Assembly (NCBI GenBank): GCA_963717525.1
Contig: OY970343.1
Span: forward strand, 224,001-288,000
Length of the DNA: 64,000 nt
Reading direction: 5' to 3'
Source: an uncultured Methanoregulaceae archaeon
GTDB lineage: Archaea > Halobacteriota > Methanomicrobia > Methanomicrobiales > Methanospirillaceae
Shown here: in pieces, positions 1 through 10,396 of the stretch
Position numbering within the stretch: the first letter of the stretch is position 1
Layout of the letters: each line of letters begins with the position of its first letter
The notes under the pieces: model-generated
What the model was told of the DNA's origin: nothing
The model's input: the letters and a program-made list of their open reading frames with translations, nothing else
Database searches by the model: none
Made by a program: the position numbers and the translations under genes

Positions 1-271
1 GTAAATTTCACCATTTTTACGATGAAAAAATGAAGAATTTTCAGGAAATATCAAAGGATGGGGTCGGACGGTGTACTCTGATGGGGGCATCCGGGGCCGC
101 ATCACGACCAGGTGTGAACCCCTTCATCTGTCCCACGATGGGTGACATGGATAACTAGTTTTTCTCCTCCTTCTCCCCCCTGTTCACTGCAAATTTTTTT
201 TCACTCATCGCCAGCATTATGGTGGCAAAAGAGGGAAGATCCTTTCATACACTAAAAGGAGGTGAGCGAGT

Positions 272-349
272 ATGTTTGACTGGACTGCGTTCCTTAACAT
301 TATCATCGCGATTCTCCAGGCCATTGTCCATGTACTGCCCGCAGCATAA
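272..349 (+). CDS. Small 25-aa hydrophobic/amphipathic peptide (MFDWTAFLNIIIAILQAIVHVLPAA), not in ORF track
   Basis: Translated by hand; perfect SD AAAGGAGGTGA (255-265) ends 6 nt before ATG272; TAA at 347-349. Confidence 0.6.
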   Translation: MFDWTAFLNIIIAILQAIVHVLPAA

Positions 350-703
350 CGGGCATACGGGATCGTGGGGAACCGGATGGGTACTTCCTCCTCCGGTTAT
401 TCGCGGGCAGGTATGAGGATGACAACCTCTCCTGCAAACTACCTTTCTCTTTCTCCTGTCTCCGGGAGATCACCACGCGTGCTGGTGAGCGTCGGTGCCA
501 GTATGATTGGCCCCGGTCTTATGATCGTCCTGAAAGAAGCACTATTCACCATCCGGAATAAAAAAAGAAAATTCAATAAGCATGGCCAGCTGAGGTATTT
601 AATCCTCAGAAACGAAAGGCATGCATCTCACGGTACCGTTTTTTAACGTGACACATACCGTGGGCCGCAAAAAAGTTGTAAAGGTCAGAAACGGGCGGTG
701 AGA

Positions 704-1334
704 ATGTACGACAATAAAACGATGTCCCACGTGTAAGATGGACAACCCGGCGATCTACGACCGTTGCTTAAACTGCGGCACGCCCCTCCCCGAAATCACA
801 CATCCGGGAATGGACCGGTACCTCCTCCCGGCGATCATCGTGGTCATGGTAGTTCTTGTCACCGGTTTCCTGATTATCCCCGCGCTCCACATCTCCATGG
901 CGAGCGGAAGGGACCTTTCAACGGCGATAAACGGAGTTTCGGCAACTCCGACTCCGGTCCCCGAATATCAGATCAACCAGCCAGCCCGCGTTGGGGACCT
1001 CCAGGTCACCGTCACGGACACACGTCCCGGGGTGAATCAGTTCAACGACAAACGGTTTTACACGGTGACCCTGTCAGTACAGAATTTTAATTCCAACGAC
1101 ACATATACCCTCTCCGCAACCGATTTTACCCTTGCTGACGCCAGGGAAAACTATTATAGTTCTCTTGGGATCCAGTCGAAGCCCTCGTACGATGTACTCC
1201 CTGGTACAACCGGTGTGGTGGATCTGGTCTACATCGTCCCGCTGAGTGCGGACAAGTTGCGACTGCTGTATACGTTCCCGGCTTCCACCGCAGCGCCCGG
1301 ACAAAGCCAGACCGAAGTTGCCTTTGTCCTGTAA
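704..1334 (+). CDS. Zinc-ribbon + TM + DUF4352-like (Ig-fold) membrane-anchored protein; apparent +1 indel just after ATG704
   Basis: In-frame upstream of ATG738 reads TIKRCPTCK, pairing with CLNCG; TM segment; C-terminal VGDLQVTV...FTLADA...YDVLPG...LVYIVP typical of DUF4352. Confidence 0.7.
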
Positions 1335-1454
1335 TGCCGGGCGCCAGGCACCGGCGATGAGGGGCATCTGTCCTAAAGATATATCGCATTTCTCCCTTGC
1401 GTGAGCCGGAAAAACAACAATGAACCTTTAATATCCGGTAACGAACCTTACTCC

Positions 1455-1838
1455 ATGCATGTCCGATCCGGTACTGTGATCCTGGTGGCCGGCGTACTCA
1501 TTCTGATGGTCGCGCTTCTCTTTGCCGCGGGCTGTTCCGGTTCGACCCCGCCATCCCCTCCCCCAACACCGGTCTATACCCCACAGACGACGATCCTTAT
1601 CGGGAGCGCCGGTGTCAATCCCCAGATCCTCGTAGTCAGCCGTGGGGTGACGGTCACGTGGCTCAACCTCGATATGGGGGTTCACATTATCACCTCTGAT
1701 GCCGCAGATCCCGATGCGTTCACCTCACCTCCCCTTACTACCAACCACCGGTACCAGTTCACGTTCACCATTCCGGGGACGTACGGATACCACAGCACGG
1801 ATAACCCGACGATAAAGGGGACGGTTATCGTCCAATGA
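1455..1838 (+). CDS. Cupredoxin/plastocyanin-like lipoprotein (copper ligands degenerate)
   Basis: Lipobox FAAGC; GVTVTWLN.D...H and FTFTIPGTYGY..KGTVIV plastocyanin-like motifs. Confidence 0.75.
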   Translation: MHVRSGTVILVAGVLILMVALLFAAGCSGSTPPSPPPTPVYTPQTTILIGSAGVNPQILVVSRGVTVTWLNLDMGVHIITSDAADPDAFTSPPLTTNHRYQFTFTIPGTYGYHSTDNPTIKGTVIVQ

Positions 1839-1936
1839 TGACCGGAAAACAAAAAAAATGAACGTGTTCTTTTTCCGCTCTTGTGATAAGGGGATTCTTA
1901 CATCCACTCTTCTCATGTGTCCCGGACAGGGACCAT

Positions 1937-2587
1937 CTACTTGATCTCGATCCTCTCGCCGGTCTCCATGTACTGGACATTCTCGGCCATCTTGCAGGCG
2001 TGATCGGCGCAGCGCTCCAGGTAACGGGCGATGATAATATAGTATGTTGCCTGCGTGATGGTTTTGGGATTCTCCATCATGTACGTGATCGCTTCGCGGA
2101 AGATGGAGTGGCGTAAAGCGTCGATTGCGTCGTCCCGTGCCGAAAAACCTTCGAGTTTTTTTATGTTCTCGGTCTCGTAGGCGGTGATAGCATCGTCGAT
2201 CATCGCGAGCACGTACTCTGACATGAGGGGAATACTCATCATGTTTGCTATATGGGGCCTTCCGGAAATTTCCTTTACGATCTTTGCCGTCGACTTACCA
2301 TATCTCCCGACCCGTTCTGATGCGGCGATGACCTTGAGGGAGCAGACGATTAGCCGCATGTCTTTTGCGACCGGTTGGTTCAGGGCAATCAGCTGGTAGC
2401 AGTTCTCCTCGAGCGCAACCGTCTTCTCCCGGAGCTGATCTTTCCTGGTTAATACCGTGGCCGCAAGCGCGGCATCCTGGTTGATGAACGCCTCCTGCGA
2501 ATCCTGCAGCATCGAGAAGGCATACCGGGCCATCCCCGAGACCGCTTTTTTGAGGTCTTTGAGTTCCGTGTGAAATTTGTCCGTCAT
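1937..2587 (-). CDS. phoU: Phosphate signalling/transport regulator PhoU
   Basis: QPVAKDMR...ERVGRY and ARYLERCADHA motifs; downstream of pstB. Confidence 0.95.
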   Translation of the reverse strand: MTDKFHTELKDLKKAVSGMARYAFSMLQDSQEAFINQDAALAATVLTRKDQLREKTVALEENCYQLIALNQPVAKDMRLIVCSLKVIAASERVGRYGKSTAKIVKEISGRPHIANMMSIPLMSEYVLAMIDDAITAYETENIKKLEGFSARDDAIDALRHSIFREAITYMMENPKTITQATYYIIIARYLERCADHACKMAENVQYMETGERIEIK

Positions 2588-2596
2588 CTTCTCTCC

Positions 2597-3358
2597 TTAC
2601 CCGAACCGGCCGGTGATATAATTCTCGGTCAGGTCTTCTTTCGGGTGTTCGAAAATGTTTGTGGTCTTGTCAAACTCGATCAGCTTGCCAAGGTACATGA
2701 ACCCGGTGTAGTCACTGACACGGGCTGCCTGCTGCATATTGTGCGTGACAATAATGACCGTGTATTCCTCCTTGAGCATCTCGATGAGGTTCTCGATCTT
2801 TGCCGTTGCGATAGGATCGAGCGCAGAGCAGGGTTCGTCCATGAGGATCACTTCGGGTCCGACGGCAAGGGTGCGCGCGATGCAGAGCCGCTGCTGCTGG
2901 CCACCAGAGAGACCAAGGGCGGAATCGTTGAGCCGGTCCCGGACTTCGTCCCAGAGTGCGGCGTGGCGCAGGCTCTTTTCCACGATTGTGTCCAGTTCCT
3001 TCCGGTCATTGATCCCGTGGACCCGGGGGCCGTATGCGACATTCTCGTACACAGACTTGGGGAAAGGATTGGGCCGCTGGAAGACCATGCCGACCCGTTT
3101 TCGCAAGCCCACCACATCCATGCCGTTACAGAGCATGTCCTCGCGATCAAGGAGTAGTTCACCGGTGATCCTGACATGGCTGATGAGATCGTTCATCCGG
3201 TTGAAACACCGGAGCAGCGTTGATTTCCCGCACCCGGATGGCCCGATCAGTGCGGTGGTCTTCTTCTTTTCAATCTCCATGGTGATATCCTGGAGTGCAT
3301 GTTTCTCGTTATACCAGAGATTGAGGTTTTTCGTTGCAATAACAGTTGAATCGGACAT
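2597..3358 (-). CDS. pstB: Phosphate ABC transporter ATP-binding protein
   Basis: [43 protein letters not shown]. Confidence 0.97.
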   Translation of the reverse strand: MSDSTVIATKNLNLWYNEKHALQDITMEIEKKKTTALIGPSGCGKSTLLRCFNRMNDLISHVRITGELLLDREDMLCNGMDVVGLRKRVGMVFQRPNPFPKSVYENVAYGPRVHGINDRKELDTIVEKSLRHAALWDEVRDRLNDSALGLSGGQQQRLCIARTLAVGPEVILMDEPCSALDPIATAKIENLIEMLKEEYTVIIVTHNMQQAARVSDYTGFMYLGKLIEFDKTTNIFEHPKEDLTENYITGRFG

Positions 3359-3361
3359 TGA

Positions 3362-4369
3362 TTATCCCCGTGTCTTTTTTGCATAATGGTTCCGGATCAC
3401 GATCGCGACCGCGTAGAACGCCACGACCAGCATCAGGAGGACGAGCGCTGTCCCGTACTTGTTGGTCGAGGAGCCAGGTACATTGGTCGAGAGGATAAAG
3501 AGTTGGTACGGCAGTGCCATCACCGGTTGGAAGAGCGAGGTGGGCAGGAACCGCGTCGAAAAGACGACCGCGACAAACATGATCGGTGCAGTTTCGCCTG
3601 CCGCCCTGCCGATGGAAAGAATTGCGCCGGTTACGATCCCCGGGACTGCGGGTGGGATGACTACGTTACGGATCGTCTGCCACTGGGTTGCCCCAAGCGC
3701 GAGGCTGCCTTCGCGGAGGGATTGCGGAATATTCTTAAGAGACTCTTCCGTGGTACGGATCACAGTTGGCAGCACCATCAGCGCAAGGGTAATCATACCG
3801 GCTAAGAGAGAGACCCCGATGTCAAGGAAGAGCACAAGGAATGCAAAGCCAAAGAGGCCAAAGACGATTGAGGGTGTCCCGTTGAGGAGGTCGACACCGG
3901 TCCGGATCAGTTTTGTGATCCTCCCTTCCCTGGTATATTCGACAAGATAGACCGCAGCCCCGACACCCAAGGGGAGCGCAATCAGGATTGCGCCGGCGAC
4001 AAGGTACAGGGTACCGACAATCGCCGGGAAGATCCCGCCACTCCTGCCAAGATTCGTCGGCGGCTGCGTCAGGAACTCCCACGAGATCGCCGGCAGGCCG
4101 TTTATAATGATATAGCCGAGGATGATCGCAAGGATGGCAAGTACCGCAACAGCGGCCGCAACGACACAGCCAAAGGCGAAAAGCTCGATATGGCGCCGCG
4201 AGATCCGGTTCCTGCCATAATGCCAGACTGCTGCCACAAGGATGATGATGAGCGATGCCTCCCAGAGACTGATGGCAAGGAACAGGAGCGCAATGAAAAC
4301 AAGGACAGCGATCCGGGAATAGGGAAGAAGTTTCTCCTTGATCGCAAGAGAGCCGGGATATGAAGCCAT
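3362..4369 (-). CDS. pstA: Phosphate ABC permease PstA (probably C-terminal half of a PstC-PstA fusion)
   Basis: GGIFPAIVGT, EGSLALGATQWQT, GRAAGETAP. Confidence 0.9.
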   Translation of the reverse strand: MASYPGSLAIKEKLLPYSRIAVLVFIALLFLAISLWEASLIIILVAAVWHYGRNRISRRHIELFAFGCVVAAAVAVLAILAIILGYIIINGLPAISWEFLTQPPTNLGRSGGIFPAIVGTLYLVAGAILIALPLGVGAAVYLVEYTREGRITKLIRTGVDLLNGTPSIVFGLFGFAFLVLFLDIGVSLLAGMITLALMVLPTVIRTTEESLKNIPQSLREGSLALGATQWQTIRNVVIPPAVPGIVTGAILSIGRAAGETAPIMFVAVVFSTRFLPTSLFQPVMALPYQLFILSTNVPGSSTNKYGTALVLLMLVVAFYAVAIVIRNHYAKKTRG

Positions 4370-5322
4370 GACCGTTTTGCCCTGCCTGCGGTTCTCCCCT
4401 CCCGGAGACGCGAGAGGATAGCAACCGCGCTCAGGTTGATAATGAGCGTGATGATGAGGAGTACCACCGCTACACCGAAGAGCGCATGGTAGTGCTCGCT
4501 TCCGATTGCCACGTCGCCTGTCTCGATACCAAGGGTACCGGTCAGGGTACGGACTGACGAGAGCATGTTCCAGATCGGGTTAGGAATGATCGCAGTATTG
4601 CCGGTCACCATGATGACCGCCATGGTCTCCCCAATAGCACGACCAATACCGAGGATGATCGCCGCCGCGATCCCGGAAAGGGCCGCCGGGACAATGACCC
4701 GGCTTATCGTCTGCCAGCGGGTAGCCCCGGTCGCAAGGGACCCTTCCCGGTATTCGATGGGAACCGAGCTGATCGCATCCTCGGAGACACTGATAATCGT
4801 GGGAAGTGTCATGATCCCAAGAAGAATCGACCCGGCAAGCCAGGTCTGCCCGCTGGGAATGTTGAACGCGATGCGGATGAAGGTGCTCAGGACGATCATA
4901 CCGAAAAACCCGTACACGACCGACGGGATGCCTGCAAGCAGTTCGGTAGCCGGCTTCAGGATGCTTTTTATCCGGGGAGAAGCGAGTTCAGAGATATAGA
5001 TTGCACAGCCAAGAGAAAGCGGGACGGCAAAGACCATGGCGCCTAAAGTAACAAGGAGCGTGTCGATGATGAGAGCGGATATCCCATATTGGGGCACTAC
5101 CTGGGCCGGAGCCCAGGTTGGCCCGAAGAGGAAATTGAGTACTCCCACGGTTTCGAAGATGGAGTAACCGTCCCGGAACAAGAAGAGCAGGATGAATGCA
5201 ACGACGATGACTGCAAAGAAGGCTGTGAATAAGAATACGGACCTGACGAATTTCTCCTTTAGACGGAGGACAATAACCGTGCTACCCGGGGATTTCCCGG
5301 CAGAACATTCAGGATGTGTAAT
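4370..5322 (-). CDS. pstC: Phosphate ABC permease PstC (N-terminal half; frameshift near 4398; start uncertain, possibly ATT at 5322)
   Basis: ELLAGIPSVVYG, GRAIGETMAV; frame is open upstream of 5181 through first TM (KEKFVRSVFLFTAFFAVIVVAFILLF). Confidence 0.88.
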
Positions 5323-6331
5323 GGTGTAATCGCCTCCCTTTAGGTAAAAAAGTGAGATTTGGGATAATCCCCTTCAGCCTGTTCAGGGCGACATACCCTT
5401 GAGCTACAACAATCTGTTGGCCGGACGGGCTGAGGAGGAAATTGATGTAATCCGCGGTGAGACCGGTGGGCTGACCGTTCGTGATCATATAGAGGTCACG
5501 GTGAATCGGGTAGGTCTTGTCCTTGACGGTTGCAACAGTCGGGGCAATCAGGGTACCGTTTGCCAGCTGGATCGGGAGTGCCTTCACCGTGTTATCGAGG
5601 TAACCAATGGAGATGTACCCGATTGCATTGGGCGTCTGGGCGACTTCCTGGAGGACTGCACCGTTTGAGTTGTCCTCGTGCATGGACATGGAGTCGTTTG
5701 TGTTCAGCATCACGGACTGATCAAAGTAGGTACGGGTACCGGAGGAACTGTCACGGCCAACGAGTACGATCTGGTTGTTAGAGTTTGCCACTCCTGCCCC
5801 GGGGATGGATGACCACGAGGTGATGCTCCCGTTGTAGATCGCCTTGACCTGGTCAAGGTTGATCGATTGGATCGAGTTTGCCGGGTTGACGATGATCGCA
5901 ATGCCATCGTGGGCAATCGTGATGATATTCATGTTGCTGTCCTGTGCCATCTGGGCTGCTGAGACACTGGCAGAACTCATACCGATATCCACTTTCTGGT
6001 TGATGATCGCCTGGATACCCACGCCCGATCCACCGCCGGAGACCTGGATGTTTGCCTCAGGGTGGGCCTGCTCATAGGCATCGGCAACAGCCTGTGCGAT
6101 AGGCAGGACCGTGGTCGAACCGGTCAGGGTCAGGGTCTCAGTCTGGGCAGCAGTTGTTGGGGCGGCAGATCCGGCCTGGGTTGCTGCTGCCGTCGCGGAA
6201 GTAGTTGAAGGAACCGTGGTTGTTGATCCGTTGCTGGTACACCCGGCAACAAGAAGCGATACGATAATCAATGCCGAGAGGCATGCTGTTACCAGGAGAT
6301 ATGAACTCTGTTGGGCTTTCATGGTGTTCAT
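5309..6331 (-). CDS. pstS: Phosphate ABC transporter substrate-binding lipoprotein PstS (true stop probably near 5374)
   Basis: Lipobox VAGC, GSTTVLP, GGGSGVG, RDSSSGT, YPIHRDLY; tail after GYVALN runs through a T-tract, suggesting an indel. Confidence 0.93.
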   Translation of the reverse strand: MNTMKAQQSSYLLVTACLSALIIVSLLVAGCTSNGSTTTVPSTTSATAAATQAGSAAPTTAAQTETLTLTGSTTVLPIAQAVADAYEQAHPEANIQVSGGGSGVGIQAIINQKVDIGMSSASVSAAQMAQDSNMNIITIAHDGIAIIVNPANSIQSINLDQVKAIYNGSITSWSSIPGAGVANSNNQIVLVGRDSSSGTRTYFDQSVMLNTNDSMSMHEDNSNGAVLQEVAQTPNAIGYISIGYLDNTVKALPIQLANGTLIAPTVATVKDKTYPIHRDLYMITNGQPTGLTADYINFLLSPSGQQIVVAQGYVALNRLKGIIPNLTFLPKGRRLHHYTS

Positions 6332-6456
6332 CCATGAGATTATCCCGAGTTCATATACAATTTTTCGACATAGAATATACAGATATATATGCAAACAAGA
6401 CTAACATAGAGTCAAGCATATTTATCATATCACTCTATTCGTGAGGTGGAATTAAG

Positions 6457-7491
6457 ATGGAAATACGCCGGGTACAGATGACCGGGGGGTCATCATTTGT
6501 TGTCACGCTGCCCAAAGACTGGGTCCAGGAGATGCGGATCAAGAAGAACGATCCCGTCGGGTTGATTGCGCAGCCTGACGGTACGCTGCTCGTTACGAAA
6601 AAAACCACCGATGATCCGATCCAGCGGGTCAAGGAGATCGACATCGGGCATATCACGGATCCCTCATTTCTTTTCCGGATCCTGATCGGAACTTACATCA
6701 CCGGGTTTACCGCGATCCGTATCATTTCTAAACAGCGGTTTCCGCCGTTTGTCCGGACCGTTGTCCGGGACTTCACCCAGATGACCATCGGGCAGGAAGT
6801 CGTCGAAGAGACGGACTCCCTCATCATGATAAAAGATCTTCTCAACCCGGCCGAGATGCCGTTTGACAACACCATCAAGAGAATGTTTGTCATTGTCAGG
6901 AACATGCACGAGGATGCCATCGCATCGCTCGAGACGCACAACCAGACCCTCGCCGCCGACGTGATCAACCGGGATATGGACTCGGACCGGCTCAACTGGC
7001 TGATCGCCCGCCAGACCAATATGATCATGCAGAACCCCTCCCTCTCCCGGAAGATGGAGGTCTCGGTCGGTATGGCCATGTACTACCACCTGATCAGCAA
7101 GATCATCGAGCGGATTGGCGATCACGCGGTACGGATTGCCGAGAATGCCCAGCCGGTGCTGGATGCCGACCTCGACCCGAAGATCGTGGCGGCGTTAAAG
7201 AAAGCGAGCGTCCTGTCCATGCAGATCTTTGACAAGAGTATCATCTCGTTTTTCAATGCCGATATCCGTGAGGCCCACAAGACCATCGAGTCGGTCTCGG
7301 CGCTGGAGCACATCTGCGGGGATATCAGCAACATGGCGTTCAGGCAGGAGACGATGGCGGCAATCTCGATCAGCTACATCTCGGAGAGCATCCGCAGGTC
7401 TGGAGAGTACGCCGCGGATATTTGCGAGAACGTGATCAACTATATCGTCGAGGAAGACCGGTCACTCCACCGGAAGCCTTCCGGGAAATAA
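6457..7491 (+). CDS. Archaeal phosphate uptake regulator (AbrB DNA-binding domain + two PhoU domains)
   Basis: RRVQMTGGSSFVVTLPKDW AbrB motif; ERIGDHA; divergent from pstS; SD GAGGTG. Confidence 0.92.
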   Translation: MEIRRVQMTGGSSFVVTLPKDWVQEMRIKKNDPVGLIAQPDGTLLVTKKTTDDPIQRVKEIDIGHITDPSFLFRILIGTYITGFTAIRIISKQRFPPFVRTVVRDFTQMTIGQEVVEETDSLIMIKDLLNPAEMPFDNTIKRMFVIVRNMHEDAIASLETHNQTLAADVINRDMDSDRLNWLIARQTNMIMQNPSLSRKMEVSVGMAMYYHLISKIIERIGDHAVRIAENAQPVLDADLDPKIVAALKKASVLSMQIFDKSIISFFNADIREAHKTIESVSALEHICGDISNMAFRQETMAAISISYISESIRRSGEYAADICENVINYIVEEDRSLHRKPSGK

Positions 7492-7562
7492 TCCCCCGCC
7501 GCCGGTTTTTTTTAAAACCTTTAAACCGCATTGCGGGCTCATGGCAATCGTGAATGCGATGG

Positions 7563-8517
7563 TTACTCCTTTTTGGGGCAGGTACAGGACGAATCGCACT
7601 GGCTGCACCCTTCAGGGCAGGGTTCGATATGAATCGTCAATTTTGCCCGGGGATACTCCACGAGCAGATCGGATTCGAGATGATCGGCGAGATCATGGGA
7701 CCGGGTGACCGAGATCTCCCCGGGTACAACAAGGTGGAACTCGATAAAGATATCCGGGCCGGACCGCCGCGACCGGAAGCCGTGGAACCCGTAGGTACTC
7801 GCCCGCATGTGCGCAGATGATCGCCTTGATCCTTTCCTCATCCTGCGGGGGAAGGGAATGGTCGATGATATCGGCAAACGATCGCCTCAGGAGATCGGCG
7901 GCTGCATGCAGGATCACGAGACCGACCCCGATGGCAATGAGCGGGTCCAGAATAGTATAGCCGGTGATATGGATCAGGATCAAACCGGCAAAAACCCCCA
8001 GCGAGGTGTAGATATCCGTCCGCAGGTGCCAGGCGTCACTTTCGAGGGCGATGGACTCGGTTTCCTTTGCCACCTTCATAAGGCGCGAGGAGACATACCA
8101 GTTGGCGAGCACGGATATGCCCATCACCGCGATACCAAAGGAGAGCAACCCGGGTGAAAACTCCTGTATCGGCCCGATAAGCAGCCGCAGCAGGGCTTCG
8201 GCAATAATGATGATCGCCGCACCAAAGATGAGCAGGGCCTCGACGAGACCGGAAACATCCTCGAATTTCCCGTGCCCGAACGAGTGGCCGGCATCGGGAG
8301 GCTCAGCGGATTTTTTCACCGAAAAAAAAGCGATGACCGCCGCGAGCAGGTCCATTGAAGAATGGATGGCCTCGGAGATGATGCTCACCGAGCCGATAGC
8401 AAAACCCACACCGAATTTCAGGATCACAAGGCCGGTGTTGGAGATGACCGAGAGGTGAGCGGTCTGGACTTTCACCCGGTTGGATTCTGCCTGTCTGGGA
8501 TCCTGGTTCATGTACAT
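7563..8517 (-). CDS. Cation diffusion facilitator (FieF-like) transporter, frameshift near 7795
   Basis: SEAIHSSMD, PPDAGHSFGHGKFE, DAWHLRTD; C-terminal dimerisation domain (IHIEPC plus Cys-rich tail) in the shifted frame. Confidence 0.9.
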
Positions 8518-8576
8518 TCTCTCATGGTGGCCTGCGATACAGAAGATCAATTCAAAAAACGACCGGCGCCGGCATG

Positions 8577-8957
8577 TCAGTGCCCGGTCTTTCCGTACAC
8601 TTTTTCCGGATCAAAGACCTTATTGCTGATGATAGTCCCGTCGATGGTCCGGAAAAAACAGCTGCGGTACCCGGTATGGCAGGCAGCACCGGTCTGCTCA
8701 ACCTCGTAGATGAGGCAGTCCTCGTCACAGTCCACAAGGATCCGAAGAACCTTCTGGAAATGCCCGCTCTCCTCTCCTTTCTTCCAGAGTTTTTTGCGGC
8801 TCCTGCTGTAGTAATGGGCAAAGCCTGTGGCCGTGGTAAGGTGAACTGCCTCCTCGTTTGCATACGCCATCATGAGGACGTCCCGTGTCTTTTTGTCCTG
8901 AACGATCACCGGGATCAGTCCCCCTTCAGGGTACTTGAGGGAGAGCATGTCATGCAC
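8577..8957 (-). CDS. hisI: Phosphoribosyl-AMP cyclohydrolase
   Basis: [30 protein letters not shown]. Confidence 0.97.
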   Translation of the reverse strand: MHDMLSLKYPEGGLIPVIVQDKKTRDVLMMAYANEEAVHLTTATGFAHYYSRSRKKLWKKGEESGHFQKVLRILVDCDEDCLIYEVEQTGAACHTGYRSCFFRTIDGTIISNKVFDPEKVYGKTGH

Positions 8958-10139
8958 CTCCAGTGACGAATTTCATGATAGTGAACAGGAAGTCGCCAAA
9001 AAGGACGGCAGTAATAAGTCCCGCCGTGATCGGGAGGATGAACGGGACTGCATAGGAGATCCAGACGTTTCCTGCTTTTTTGTAGATCCCCAACTCTTTT
9101 TCAAACTCTTCGGGGTGTTCCCGGAGATCCTTGGTATACACCCTGCCCTCATCGGAACGCATCCGGCGCAGGGAATCCCAGAACCCTATAAATTTCCGCC
9201 CGATGTTGCCGTTTTTCTCCTCGACAAAATCTTCCATCACAAAGCCCCAGGCCTGCTGAATGTTGTCTCCTTTCACAGGGAAGCCGAAGAACATGTACTG
9301 GAGCGGGGCACGGTTCTTCTTTACTGTATTGATGATGAAAATACCCACTGGCGCCACCAGGTTGAGGATCAACGCATTGATCAGAACTGAGAACGACAGG
9401 AAATATCCCCCTAAAGGAGGGGTGCTAAGAAGAGGGATTATGGGAAATGTTGGTATGCAGAAGGCAATAAAGATGAGTGCCCACGCGTCGGCACCGCCGA
9501 ACAGGTGCATCTGCCCGAAGATATAAAAGACGCCACAGAATATGGCAGTAAATGCCATATAGATGCCGAACCCACCCCAGCCGCCGCTGCCAATCATATA
9601 GAACGACGCAATCGCGAGAATGATAACCACGAGCACGAAATACCAGCGGCTCAGCACCTCTTCAACATTCGATTCCCGCCGGGCGTCTTTTTTCGCCTGT
9701 TTTGCCTTGAGCCTGCGTTCAGGCTGTTTTGTGAATTCCCGGTAGGAGACATACCCGATTAATCCGGCGAACATCACGTACCATGGTATGAGCTGGGTCT
9801 CGGGCAGTTTTCCCGTGGAAATGGCCGGTATAATAAACCAGGATATGGCGGGGAGGGCAAGGACGACTGCCAGGTACGGGAGCCGGAACGGGTCCCGGCC
9901 TCGTGGTTGTCGAGGTAATCAGCATACAGGAAACTGGCTATCAGGGCGATATAACCGACAATGAGGCTGATATTTCCGGTCTGCTGGTAGAAGAATACCA
10001 TGCTCGCGGCGATCCCGACAATGAGCATCGGGTACCACGTCCTGAAAGGAACGCGCCGGTCCCTGATATCCAGGTACGATGCATAGATAAGGGTAACAAG
10101 AACGGCAACGGCCGAGATCACCATCGGGTAAAATATCAT
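8950..10139 (-). CDS. flaK: A24 family preflagellin/prepilin peptidase (FlaK/PibD-like), frameshift near 9900
   Basis: [12 protein letters not shown] (first Asp), FGGADA (second Asp), [17 protein letters not shown]-terminal motif. Confidence 0.85.
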
Positions 10140-10396
10140 AAGCAGGTTTACCGTTATATCTCCTACAACTTATGCGTGGCGATGACCCCCTGTACAGGGG
10201 CGCGTTCTGGATTGGGGGGCGGGAAATCTCCCGGTCATGGGACGGAGAGGGATCAGGTGTCCGGTTATCCGCGTGGAGATACCTTTGCAAATATATAATA
10301 CACCGGTTGTGAATACATGATTGAGGGTAATTTAAGAACGATTCGGGGAAGAAGCCTCATGTTCCCGCCCCGGATTGTACAAACGAGGATTATTTC

